64,000 bases of DNA from Gammaproteobacteria bacterium (lineage in GTDB: Bacteria; Pseudomonadota; Gammaproteobacteria; Pseudomonadales; Azotimanducaceae): assembly GCA_026707735.1 (NCBI GenBank), contig JAPOWH010000012.1, positions 77,990 to 141,989 of the forward strand, read 5' to 3'. Each line of letters opens with the position of its first letter. Within the stretch, counting starts at the first letter, position 1. Position numbers and translations under genes: made by a program. Positions 1-9,058 of the stretch are shown here, piece after piece. Below the pieces are notes generated by a model. It worked only from the letters and a program-made list of their open reading frames with translations, made no database searches and was not told where the DNA came from.

Positions 1-523
1 ATTGATGGTGAAGAACCTTGAGCATCTGGAAAGTGTATTTGCGATGGCCAACGATGCTCTGCAAGACACAGTATGGGGAACCAATCACCCAAACTTTGCA
101 GACCGGGGCCAGCAGTTGAGTAGAGCTGCACGGGCATTAAAGATCTGGATGTCGGTTCAGACGTTTGGGATGGCTAAGTTTCGTGCAGCAGTGCAAAGTG
201 GACTGGACCTAGCACAAGAAGCTGCCAAATATGTCGAGGAAAGTCCTTTGCTCGAAGTCATGGCGCCCGTGACGTTAGGTGTCTTGTGTTTCCGTGTCAA
301 TCCAGAAGGCCGTGATTGCAATGAAGCTACTTTGGAATCGGTCAATAGGAATGTTTTGGTTCGTGCCTTCTGGGACGAACGAATGTTTTTTTCTTCTACG
401 TCGCTAAAGGGGATCTTTTCCTTGCGACTCTGCATTTTGAATCACACAACTTCATGGGACGACGTGCGTAGCACGTTGGATCAGGTGATTCAATATGGAA
501 AAGAAGCCTTGGCCGAGTCGTAG
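1..523 (+). CDS. PLP-dependent (group II) amino-acid decarboxylase, C-terminal fragment; the 5' end lies outside the window
   Basis: The frame is open from the window edge (frame of nt 2) to TAG at 521-523. The tail (RAARALKIWMSVQTFG ... CFRV ... SLRLCILNHTT) resembles the C-terminal small domain of aromatic-amino-acid/glutamate-type decarboxylases. Recognition is from memory only. Confidence 0.6.
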   Translation, partial: LMVKNLEHLESVFAMANDALQDTVWGTNHPNFADRGQQLSRAARALKIWMSVQTFGMAKFRAAVQSGLDLAQEAAKYVEESPLLEVMAPVTLGVLCFRVNPEGRDCNEATLESVNRNVLVRAFWDERMFFSSTSLKGIFSLRLCILNHTTSWDDVRSTLDQVIQYGKEALAES

Positions 524-605
524 TCGGCATTGGCAGTAGGGCCGCTAAAGTGCTATCTGTTGATCTCAATCCGCTTGTTGTTTAGAGGTTGGCACTACTG
601 AATTC

Positions 606-628
606 GAACTTATTCTCAGAATGAGTTC
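606..628. terminator. AT-rich hairpin between convergent genes; possible bidirectional terminator
   Basis: GAACTTATTCT-C-AGAATGAGTTC forms an 11-bp stem with one mismatch. It lies between the stop at 521-523 (+) and the stop at 655-657 (-). There is no strong U-tract on either side. Confidence 0.3.
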
Positions 629-654
629 AAATAGTAAGCGAGTAGGAGTAGCTT

Positions 655-1509
655 CTATTTCGGTTGGGTTGAACGTCTTGACTGTCTCTGATTGCGACGC
701 TCCTCCCCCTTAGCACGCAGCAATTCGCGATCCTCTTCGCGAATTTCCATGTACTTTTGCTTCCATTCTCGGCTTGCGTCCCAATGGAATGGAGAGAGCC
801 AGGTTGTTCTGGGTGAGACGACTGTCTCAAGCATCGCAAGTCCCTGCCGTAGATTTCGCTCTTGCATCTCCCGATCATAGGGCTTACCCATAGGGTTGCC
901 CAGTGGGTAATCAGTAAATAGGAATCGTGCCACGCCGCACAATTCCACGACGTCTTTCGCCGATCCAATGATCACCGTAGCTATGCCATTTTGTTCGAGT
1001 ACTCGAGATATCAGACTCACGGTCTGATGACAAACCGGTCACAAAGGGACCATGAGCAATGCGTCCACTTGGTCTTCTACGCAATAGCGCAACACCAAGT
1101 TTGCATCTGACTCAATCGTCTTGCGCTGACTGTATTCTGTAGGCAGAAAGTAGGACCGCTGAGCAAGGCGTCCTATTGAACCATCGTCGGCAAGTTTACA
1201 TAGAAGCTCGAAGGGAAAGTAGGAGCCAGTATCGTCAAGGTGCGTTGCTGCTCGATCCCATTCCAAGTCGTCTGCGAAAAATTTGTTGGGAAGTTCGTTA
1301 TTTGGTATCGCGACCACATGTCGAGGATCGAACATTTTGCGCGGGTATGTCGCTGCTGTTGTAGCCAGACCCACCACTGATTCTGACAACGGCTTTCCTA
1401 GTGGAGCGCAAACGGAGTCGTCATTGCTGGCCCATCTATATGGAGTGGTGAACCCTTGGGCGGCGTAGTAGTTTCGGGTTCGCTCTATGTACTCTACCGG
1501 TCTATCCAT
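655..1509 (-). CDS. GrdB/PrdB-family (glycine/sarcosine/betaine or D-proline reductase B-like) protein with an in-frame TGA at 1039-1041; candidate selenoprotein
   Basis: ORFs 1039..1509 and 655..1020 are on the same strand and in the same frame. They are separated only by the TGA plus 6 sense codons. The joined 284-aa product reads ...DALLMVPL-U-PVCHQTVSLISRVLEQNGIATV..., which gives a U-x-x-C motif. Confidence 0.65.
1010..1028 (-). promoter_or_regulatory. SECIS-like hairpin downstream of the in-frame UGA
   Basis: The mRNA reads UGA-CCGGUUUGUC-[AUCAGAC CGUGA GUCUGAU]. This is a perfect 7-bp stem with a 5-nt loop containing GU. The stem starts 10 nt after the UGA. Confidence 0.4.
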
Positions 1510-1570
1510 GTCTTAATGAGGCAGGTGTGCTCGAAGTCGTTGCACTCCGACTAGCACTTGCACAACGCCG

Positions 1571-2359
1571 CTACACACCGGGGGCAAAGTGAAAGTAATT
1601 TGGCTTGTCTGCAGACTCAGGCTCTGGTACTTCTAGCTTTTCCAACAACACTCCTGAGTTGGTTAGTGAGACTATTGCAAAGTAGCCGCCACGCGCGGTT
1701 GCAAAAGCTTTGACTGGCGAACCGGGATAGCACGCAACCGTGTCGCCAAGCTTGTAGTCTTGCCACACATGGACGTGTCCAAGTGCCAAGTAGTCAAAAC
1801 CCGACTCCGCGATTTCAGTTTCTGAGATAGTTGACGAAACAAAATCTGTGTTGTTGCTCACGACCTGTCCATGGGCAAGCCCAATGTTCCATGGTTGGGT
1901 AGCCTTTCCAGGCACTCCCAGCAGTGGTCGGTTTTCGGGGGTATGTTCTGCCATCGCGCGCCCCCACAAGCTCACGCCAAGTTCTGCAAGCTCTATTGAA
2001 GCTCCGTTTTCCTCAAGCAGAAAATGAACGTTTCTTCCGAGATCTGCCGAGTCAAATCGATTCCAAACTGATTTTTCGTCGTGCACATCGTGGTTTCCAG
2101 GTATCACTACGATAGGACACTCCAAACGATCGAATTGCCTACACACAAATTCGATGTCATGCGATTTAACTCGTGCATGATCGAAAAGATCTCCAACAAC
2201 AAGGAATAGGTCGCAACGTTTGTTTAGAACTTGCTCCACTACGTATGCGAAGGCGGCTTCAGCTACATTTCTAAAGCCATTCACAGGATTGGAGCTGGCG
2301 TTTCCATCCAAATGCACGTCAGACGTGTGGGCTAGCTTTATGCTCGGTCGCGCTTCCAT
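1571..2359 (-). CDS. Metallophosphoesterase (calcineurin-like / SbcD-like fold)
   Basis: Contains the ordered motifs SDVHLD, VVGDLFDH, IPGNHD and GHVH. Confidence 0.8.
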   Translation of the reverse strand: MEARPSIKLAHTSDVHLDGNASSNPVNGFRNVAEAAFAYVVEQVLNKRCDLFLVVGDLFDHARVKSHDIEFVCRQFDRLECPIVVIPGNHDVHDEKSVWNRFDSADLGRNVHFLLEENGASIELAELGVSLWGRAMAEHTPENRPLLGVPGKATQPWNIGLAHGQVVSNNTDFVSSTISETEIAESGFDYLALGHVHVWQDYKLGDTVACYPGSPVKAFATARGGYFAIVSLTNSGVLLEKLEVPEPESADKPNYFHFAPGV

Positions 2360-2364
2360 GTGTG

Positions 2365-2913
2365 TCAGTCAATCAGTTGCAGAAATTCAGCTCTCGTTGC
2401 CGGGTCTTCACGAAATGAACCAAGTAATACAGATGTCTTCATCATCGAGTGCTGCTTTTCGACGCCGCGCATTTGCATGCAGAGATGTTGTGCCTCGACG
2501 AGGACGCCTACACCGCTAGCTTCTGTCACATTCATGATCGTTTGCGCAACATCTTGCGTAAGGCGCTCCTGAATTTGCAGTCGGCGCGCAAACATGTCGA
2601 CGATCCGTGCAATCTTCGATAGCCCCAAGACTTTGCCATGCGGCAAGTAGCCTACATGGCACTTGCCAATGAATGGAAGTATGTGATGCTCGCAAAGCGA
2701 ATAGAGTTCAATGTCTTTCACGATGATAATTTCATCGATGTTTGATTGGTAGAGCGCATTGTTTACGATCGATCCAATGTCCTCGTGGTAGCCCTTTGTC
2801 AAGAACTTGATTGCACGTGCGGCCCGATTTGGTGTGTCGACCAATCCATCGCGGTCGGGATCCTCTCCAATATGCTCGATCAGAACTCGATAGGCTTTTG
2901 TAATTGGATCCAT
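2365..2913 (-). CDS. folE: GTP cyclohydrolase I
   Basis: Contains [17 protein letters not shown] and [10 protein letters not shown]...[12 protein letters not shown] at 2911-2913 is preceded by GGAG. The longer ORF start at 3018 would overlap the upstream gene. Confidence 0.9.
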   Translation of the reverse strand: MDPITKAYRVLIEHIGEDPDRDGLVDTPNRAARAIKFLTKGYHEDIGSIVNNALYQSNIDEIIIVKDIELYSLCEHHILPFIGKCHVGYLPHGKVLGLSKIARIVDMFARRLQIQERLTQDVAQTIMNVTEASGVGVLVEAQHLCMQMRGVEKQHSMMKTSVLLGSFREDPATRAEFLQLID

Positions 2914-2960
2914 TGCTCCGGTTTCCTTTGTTTGTCGCCGTAGCACCAACCTCGGGCAAC

Positions 2961-4142
2961 TCAACCTGGAATTGGTGCTTCGGGGTCTACGAGTCCTTGC
3001 GAACGCAATTCTGTCCAAAGCGCGGAGGGAATCGCGTGCTGCAAGAGCTGGTAATTCTCTTCAACTTCGCCTGCAGATTTTGCGCCTGGAATAATTGCCG
3101 AAACCAACGAATGCGCCAACTGAAACTGCATAGCAGCGGCAGGCAGCGGAACATTGTACGCGTGGCAAATTCTTCGCAGCGCGTTCGTTTTGCGTTCAAT
3201 CCCTTCGCTAGGTGGGCCGTACATGTAGGAGGGAGATTGATTGGAACTGACCAACCAGCCACCCGCAAACGGTGTGGCGGCGATGACACGAATCCCTCGT
3301 TCTTGGCACAAAGGAAAGACTCGTCGCATCGCTCGAGTTTCTAGTAACGTGTAGCCTCCTGCCACGACAAAGAAGTCGAGATCAACCAAATCGGCAATCC
3401 TTTCGCAAAGTCGTTCGTGCGATTCATTCTCCCAACTAAACGCATTGCGCGACTCAAGATTGCAACCGCAGCCAATTGAGCGAATTGCTCCAGAGGCGCG
3501 CATGTCTTCAAGCGCTTCTGCGCCGCCGCCACCATCCCGGTCCAATTGGTGGAGATATTCTTCTAATTGCTCAGGATCGTGATAGCCATAGTCGATATCG
3601 TGGATAGTGAGACTGTCAACCCTAGCGTGCCCAAGCCTTTGGAGCGATGATTCGTGCTGTCTGCGTATCGCGTCAGCTCCATATTCGTAGTTAACTCGGA
3701 AACCGGTTCTTGTGTCGCGAGGAGTACGTACGCTTCCGTCAAGACAGTATGTCTTGTTGGACTCGTTGCGAATTGGTTCAGGAACCAACGTCTTGCCTAC
3801 CTTTGTGTTGATCCAGAATTTGTCTCGTTGGACATTTAAGTCGCCGAGAGCTTGTCCCAATCGTCTTTCGGATCGACCAATTCCATACCAAGGTGCCGTA
3901 TCGAAAAATCTGACCCCAAGGTTCCAAGCGGCATGGACCGCGGAAATGCAGTGAACTGTTGCAACCTCCGGGCTACCAATGGTTCCGCCACCGAAGCCAA
4001 AGGGACGAATCAAGAATTGGTTTGGTCCAATTGGACGTGCCGAATCGACGTCCATAGCGTAACTAATCACTTTTGCCCACGGCAACGTGTTGCCGTGAAT
4101 CGAATCAGATATTTGGGAGTCCAACCGTGGCTGGACTCCCAA
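2961..4142 (-). CDS. Aldo/keto reductase family oxidoreductase
   Basis: Contains GFGGGTIG and [21 protein letters not shown], with a TIM-barrel AKR-like layout. The start is uncertain: TTG at 4142, or ATG at 4055. Confidence 0.75.
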   Translation of the reverse strand: MGVQPRLDSQISDSIHGNTLPWAKVISYAMDVDSARPIGPNQFLIRPFGFGGGTIGSPEVATVHCISAVHAAWNLGVRFFDTAPWYGIGRSERRLGQALGDLNVQRDKFWINTKVGKTLVPEPIRNESNKTYCLDGSVRTPRDTRTGFRVNYEYGADAIRRQHESSLQRLGHARVDSLTIHDIDYGYHDPEQLEEYLHQLDRDGGGGAEALEDMRASGAIRSIGCGCNLESRNAFSWENESHERLCERIADLVDLDFFVVAGGYTLLETRAMRRVFPLCQERGIRVIAATPFAGGWLVSSNQSPSYMYGPPSEGIERKTNALRRICHAYNVPLPAAAMQFQLAHSLVSAIIPGAKSAGEVEENYQLLQHAIPSALWTELRSQGLVDPEAPIPG

Positions 4143-4155
4143 ACTTACTTACTAG

Positions 4156-5796
4156 CTAATTGCCGAGTCGCAGTACCGATCCAGCTCGAGTTCCTGTGTG
4201 CTCCCCATCTTCCAATGTAAGGTGCCCATTGACGATTGTTGCCTTGTAGCCGATGGACTTTTGAATGTAGCGCGGGGCGCCGCCAGGAAAGTCATGCACA
4301 AGCTCAGGTTGACGCTCTGCCACGCGGTCCGCGTCGAATACGTTGACGTCAGCCTTCATACCAACTTCCAATGATCCGCGATCCTTCAATCCCAAGACTC
4401 TCGCCGGGGCAGAGGTTAGTCGTCGGATCCCTTCGCTCAGGGAGTACAGGCCGCTTTCTCGTACCCAATACGCCAGCGTGAAACTGGGCCACCCCGCGTC
4501 CATGATTTGCGACACGTGGGCTCCCGCATCTCCAAGGCTGGGAAAGCAATGTTCGCTCTTGAACAAGTCGCCCAATTCAGTCAAACTCTGGTTGAACATT
4601 CGAAGATTGAAAAGGCCTTTCCCTTGGCTCTCGCGCGACAGCCGCAGGAAAGTTTCGATCCAATGCTCGCCAGCGGCTTCGGCAAGGGACCCTATGTTGT
4701 CTTCTGCTGGCGTTGTGTAGTCCGGAGTTTCGCCTGTGCCAAGGTAATAGACATTTGTCATGGGAAATCTACGCTCGGAGCTCTTGCCTTCTTCAACAAG
4801 TTTGGAGTAGGTTTCAGGATCATTGATCGCCCTAAGACGGCCTTGGAAATCCATCGCGCGGAGCTTGTTCCAGGTTTCGCCGCCCATAGGCAGGTTTGAT
4901 TGAAGACCAAACATAAAGCCGGAGCCTCTTACTTGAGTGATCGCCGTAATGTCTCGATCCTTGCACAATTCCTTTAGACGTTCAGCTTGCGCATTGCCAG
5001 ATCCAGGTTGAGGCCCGGTTCCATAACTGAATAGGACACGTCCCTTTGTCGTGTCAGACATTTGACGCAGTACGTTGAAGTCTGCGCCAACAGCCTGCAT
5101 GAGTCCGTTGCGAGGACCCACTTCTTTTGCGATTTCGACTAGTTCCTTGGGGTCCGCAAAAGTCCCTGGAATTGATCGGCCATCAGGCAATTTGTGTGGC
5201 GGATACCGATTTGTCGAAAATCCGATCGCACCACCGTCCAAAGAACTGCCAACGACCTCAGCCATTTTATTAAGCTCTTCTGGTGTTGCCTGCTCTTCGA
5301 CAGCCCGCTCGCCCATCACATAAAAGCGAACCGCGCAGTGTCCAACCATCCCGCATACATTGACGGCTGGCTCGAGGCGCTCAATGGCATCCAAATAGCC
5401 GCCATAGTCCTCCCAGTCCCAAGGCAGGCCGGTAAGAATCGCATGCTTTGGAATATCCTCTACGGTCTCCATCATGCCGGCGAGAAGTTCGCGGTCTGTT
5501 GGTTTGCATGGTGCAAACGTTACTCCGCAATTGCCCATTAACGCAGTCGTTACTCCATGCCAGCTAACTGGAGTCATGAAGGGGTCCCAACCGATTTGCG
5601 CATCTAGATGCGTGTGCAAGTCCACAAAGCCCGGCGATACGGTCAGGCCCTCGGCATCAATTTCTCGATTGCCTCGTCCCGAAACTTCGCCGACTTCAGA
5701 TATCAATCCATCGTCGATTGCGAGGTCACCGCTTGCCGGTTTGTTGCCCAAGCCGTCATATAGTTGACCTCCGCGTATTACGATATCGTGTGACAT
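4156..5796 (-). CDS. N-acyl-D-amino-acid deacylase (D-aminoacylase) family amidohydrolase
   Basis: The N-terminus reads IRGGQLYDG...DLAIDDGLI. VSPGFVDLHTHLD carries the metal-binding HxH. An AGGAG RBS precedes the ATG. Confidence 0.8.
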   Translation of the reverse strand: MSHDIVIRGGQLYDGLGNKPASGDLAIDDGLISEVGEVSGRGNREIDAEGLTVSPGFVDLHTHLDAQIGWDPFMTPVSWHGVTTALMGNCGVTFAPCKPTDRELLAGMMETVEDIPKHAILTGLPWDWEDYGGYLDAIERLEPAVNVCGMVGHCAVRFYVMGERAVEEQATPEELNKMAEVVGSSLDGGAIGFSTNRYPPHKLPDGRSIPGTFADPKELVEIAKEVGPRNGLMQAVGADFNVLRQMSDTTKGRVLFSYGTGPQPGSGNAQAERLKELCKDRDITAITQVRGSGFMFGLQSNLPMGGETWNKLRAMDFQGRLRAINDPETYSKLVEEGKSSERRFPMTNVYYLGTGETPDYTTPAEDNIGSLAEAAGEHWIETFLRLSRESQGKGLFNLRMFNQSLTELGDLFKSEHCFPSLGDAGAHVSQIMDAGWPSFTLAYWVRESGLYSLSEGIRRLTSAPARVLGLKDRGSLEVGMKADVNVFDADRVAERQPELVHDFPGGAPRYIQKSIGYKATIVNGHLTLEDGEHTGTRAGSVLRLGN

Positions 5797-5870
5797 GTTT
5801 TACTCCTGTACTTCACGTACTTTGCTGTGTGTCATGGCATGTCATCTATTCGCCATCACATACTTTGTCC

Positions 5871-6791
5871 CTACTTGAAGGCAGAGACTATTTCTTCCTC
5901 GACTCGTTGAAACGCTTCGACATCACCGGTCTGTATCGCACCAAACATGATCTCGGAAACGCCTTCTTTCTCAAACTCACCAATTCGATCAATGACGAAG
6001 TTCTTAGGTCCCGCCATTGATCCTCGTCCTAATCGGCGCTGAAATCCATCAATTACGCTCTTGTCGTCCGTGATTACCAATGGCATGAGCAGAGTCTTTT
6101 GAATTTCTCTGGGATCGCGTCCCACGTCGGCACAATGGCGCTCCAAAACACCAACTTTATGCTTGTAGATTTCCATGGACATTCCTTGGCCTGCCCACCC
6201 ATCCAAGTTCATAATGTCGCCGAACATGGCAAGTGTGCGTAGCGTTCTACGCTCGCCGGTGCCACCAACCATAATTGGTATATGCGGCTTCTGGTAGCAG
6301 CCCGGCGACAGTGAGGCTTGATCTAGCGTGTAGTACTTGCCGTAATAGTCGACAGGTCCATCGGATGTGAACATTTTGCGAATCAACTCGCAGGCCTCCT
6401 GAAACCGATCCTGTCGCTCTCTCATGGTTGGAAAATCCCAACCGTAGGCTTCGTGTTCACGCTTAAACCACGATGCACCAAGAGCCAACGTAAACCGTCC
6501 CTCGGACGCTTGATCGAGCGCTGTTGCCATCTTAGCTAGCAATGCGGGATTCCTATACGTGTTGCCGAGAACCAGATGGCCCAACCTCATGCGTTGCGTC
6601 ATTCCTGCTGCTACGGCGATCAAGGTGTACCCTTCAAATGCGGTGTGGTATTCGTCTTCTCGACGACCCGGCGGCAAAAAGTGATCGGCAAACCAAAGAC
6701 TATCCCATTTACCAGACTCCATGGTTTCTATTGAAGTTCGAATTGCGTCCCAGGTTGTTCGATAGCAATTCACTTGTACACCAAATTTCAT
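5871..6791 (-). CDS. Luciferase-like monooxygenase (LLM) class flavin/F420-dependent oxidoreductase
   Basis: Shows the typical LLM sequence pattern: MKFGVQV..., SLWFADHF and RFTLALGASW. An AGGAA RBS is present. Confidence 0.8.
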   Translation of the reverse strand: MKFGVQVNCYRTTWDAIRTSIETMESGKWDSLWFADHFLPPGRREDEYHTAFEGYTLIAVAAGMTQRMRLGHLVLGNTYRNPALLAKMATALDQASEGRFTLALGASWFKREHEAYGWDFPTMRERQDRFQEACELIRKMFTSDGPVDYYGKYYTLDQASLSPGCYQKPHIPIMVGGTGERRTLRTLAMFGDIMNLDGWAGQGMSMEIYKHKVGVLERHCADVGRDPREIQKTLLMPLVITDDKSVIDGFQRRLGRGSMAGPKNFVIDRIGEFEKEGVSEIMFGAIQTGDVEAFQRVEEEIVSAFK

Positions 6792-6826
6792 TGGGAAATT
6801 CCTAATTGATCTGGATTTGACAGTGC

Positions 6827-6854
6827 TTCACCGGAGATCCCTCAATCCGGTGAA
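6827..6854. promoter_or_regulatory. 9-bp inverted repeat upstream of the LLM-led gene array; possible operator or 5'-UTR hairpin
   Basis: TTCACCGGA-N10-TCCGGTGAA, located 36 nt upstream of the ATG at 6791. No U-tract follows. Confidence 0.3.
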
Positions 6855-7316
6855 TCCAATACTGAGCCTGAGGCAAATTCTAGCAGTTTAACTAATGCCC
6901 GATTAAACCTAATGACTGTTACAGAAGGAACAGTTAATTTGGACCGCTGGTTTTGGATAGCCAAGCGAGTGCGCGATTGAGGCGTTCTGTTGGGGTTAGT
7001 TAGTCACCGTTCGAATTTTCGACGAATTTGTACTCATGACCTAACAAGGATCTGTATTAGCCATTGCTAATTGACGCACGCAAATCGCTTTAGTAACATG
7101 AATAAACGTACATATTTTAGTTCTGTTTAAGAAGGTTATCGTGAGAGAGCGAGCAATTTGGCAAATTGGATATTGACGTAGATGTGCGGGAGAGTGTAGT
7201 AGTCTTTCTGCTCCAGTTAGCTTGGTTCAATTTTTGATTTGGAGCTCGAACGGAACGAGCGAAGTTAGAATTGCATTCAATCTCTACAAATATAGTCCAG
7301 TGGTTGCAATAGCCCA

Positions 7317-8249
7317 TTGATTGTGAATTCAATGCATGACGTAGATCTAACGCCGACGTTTGCCGACCTATTTTGCGGTATTGGCGGCTTTCACCTCGCG
7401 GCTTCAGAATTGGGACTGAGGTGTGCGTTCGCATCGGATATTGATAGAGGTGCGTGTGAAACCTACAAGGTAAATTTTGGAATACAACCTTACGGAGACA
7501 TCGTAAAGATTCCAGCGGACCAAGTTCCAGACCACGATATCTTGTTTGCTGGATTACCGTGTCAGCCATTCAGCATTATCGGAAAGCGAACAGGATTTAG
7601 CGATGCACGAGGAAACCTCTTTTTGGAAGTGGCAAGAATTGCAGCGACAAAACTGCCGCAAGCTATAGTTATCGAGAATGTTCGACAGTTCACAACGTTG
7701 GATGGTGGCAAGGCGTTGAGATGCGTAATCGCAACGCTTGAGGCTCTTGGCTATTCAGTTGCGTGGCGAATCTTGAATGCTCTGGATTTTGGCTTGCCAC
7801 AAAAGCGCGAGAGAGTCTTTGTGGTAGCTACTACGGCATCAATTGATTTCGATTGGCCAAATGGCGACATACCAATGCAGCCGCTAGGCGAATTGTTAGA
7901 GTCGAACCCAGACAAGTGCCATTTTGCGTCGGAACGAATACAAAATGCTCGCAAACGCGCACACCGGGCAACTACCAGCCCGATGATCTGGCACGAAAAC
8001 AAAGGTGGAAATGTTAGTAGCCATCCGTATTCCTGTGCACTTCGTGCTGGTGCATCCTACAATTACTTGCTGGTTGACGGAAAACGACGATTAACGCCGA
8101 GAGAGTTGTTCCGGCTTCAAGGATTCCCTGATAATTTCCAATTGCCACGAAGCATCGCAGCGGCGCGCAGACTGACAGGAAACGCCGTTCCCGTGCCGAT
8201 GGCACGTGCAGTCATTGATAGAGTCATGGAGACGTTAACTCATCGTTAG
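7317..8249 (+). CDS. DNA (cytosine-5)-methyltransferase
   Basis: Contains C5-MTase motifs I FADLFCGIGGF, IV GLPCQPFS, VI ENV, VIII QKRERVF and X GNAVPVPM. Start candidates are TTG 7317, GTG 7323 and ATG 7332. Confidence 0.92.
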   Translation: MIVNSMHDVDLTPTFADLFCGIGGFHLAASELGLRCAFASDIDRGACETYKVNFGIQPYGDIVKIPADQVPDHDILFAGLPCQPFSIIGKRTGFSDARGNLFLEVARIAATKLPQAIVIENVRQFTTLDGGKALRCVIATLEALGYSVAWRILNALDFGLPQKRERVFVVATTASIDFDWPNGDIPMQPLGELLESNPDKCHFASERIQNARKRAHRATTSPMIWHENKGGNVSSHPYSCALRAGASYNYLLVDGKRRLTPRELFRLQGFPDNFQLPRSIAAARRLTGNAVPVPMARAVIDRVMETLTHR

Positions 8250-8346
8250 ACTAAGAGACAGTGCCAATGCGTCGCTTGGCCCATGGCCAGTAGGGAACAT
8301 TCCAGACAATAGAGTTATCGCAATCGGCCGGCGAATCGTACACTTA

Positions 8347-8970
8347 ATGGCAGTTGGGCGCACTGACATTAGCGGCAATGACTTCGGGGACATTTTCGCA
8401 AGTGCAGTGCAAGGCACGCATTTTTCAAAGCCGCTCGGCATCGTGGATGTAGAGAACGTGGCTACAGGATGGTCGGTAAAGACTGTAAAAACGCAATCGA
8501 ACCTCGACAATATTCGACACGTGCGGCTAATCTCCGGTCGTAATTCGCCTACTTATTCGACACAACTGGACAATGTGCGTGACGACCCACAAGCGACAGG
8601 CGAAGCCGTACTTGCCATCTGGAATGCACGCTATAGAATCGCCGCTGAAAAATACAACGATATTCGTACGGTTGTCCTCATACGCAATATGGGAACCCAG
8701 ACGTTTCGTTTATTTGAGGTGCCTACAGCACCCTTTCCTGCAGTTGAGTACACGTGGTCATATAACTCAAAAAACAATCTGGAAGGAAGAGAAAAAGGAA
8801 CCGGACAGCATTGTTTTACTTGGCAACCCCATGGAAGCCAGTTTACTGTGATTCGCCATATTCCCGCTTCTTCGCGTCGCTTTAGCATTGACAGAGTCGT
8901 CAACGCGGTTTCTGTTGAAGCGATCCTTGAGTTGTCTAACTATTCAGACGATTGGATAACCATCGAATAG
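8347..8970 (+). CDS. Hypothetical 207-aa protein; putative type II restriction endonuclease partner of the methyltransferase (family unassigned)
   Basis: Lies 97 nt downstream of the methyltransferase on the same strand. D34-x8-S43-V44-K45-T is compatible with a PD-(D/E)XK-type core. I recognise no named restriction-enzyme family. Confidence 0.4.
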   Translation: MAVGRTDISGNDFGDIFASAVQGTHFSKPLGIVDVENVATGWSVKTVKTQSNLDNIRHVRLISGRNSPTYSTQLDNVRDDPQATGEAVLAIWNARYRIAAEKYNDIRTVVLIRNMGTQTFRLFEVPTAPFPAVEYTWSYNSKNNLEGREKGTGQHCFTWQPHGSQFTVIRHIPASSRRFSIDRVVNAVSVEAILELSNYSDDWITIE

Positions 8971-9058
8971 TGTCCTGGGTCTATTTCGGAGGTGAAGCTA
9001 ACTCATCGTGGTCAAACGTGCATGTGGTTGTTGAGGGGATGCACAGGAATTCTGAGTA

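Noticed and set aside
2914-3018. N-terminal 35-aa extension of folE in the ORF track (start at 3018)
   Set aside because: The extension is Arg/Ser-rich and overlaps the 3' end of the upstream aldo/keto reductase gene. It also precedes a good GGAG-ATG start at 2913, where the conserved FolE sequence begins.
7117-7569. 150-aa ORF on the minus strand spanning the methyltransferase start region
   Set aside because: It overlaps the 5' part of a motif-perfect C5-methyltransferase gene on the opposite strand. It has low-complexity, Ser/Thr/Arg-rich content and no recognisable motif. It is most likely a shadow ORF.
8239-8346. 36 stop-free codons in frame upstream of the 207-aa ORF, which might mean a longer or N-terminally decayed restriction gene
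   Set aside because: The stretch contains no ATG, GTG or TTG. A 36-codon open stretch is not statistically unusual. There is no evidence for a frameshift or a lost start.
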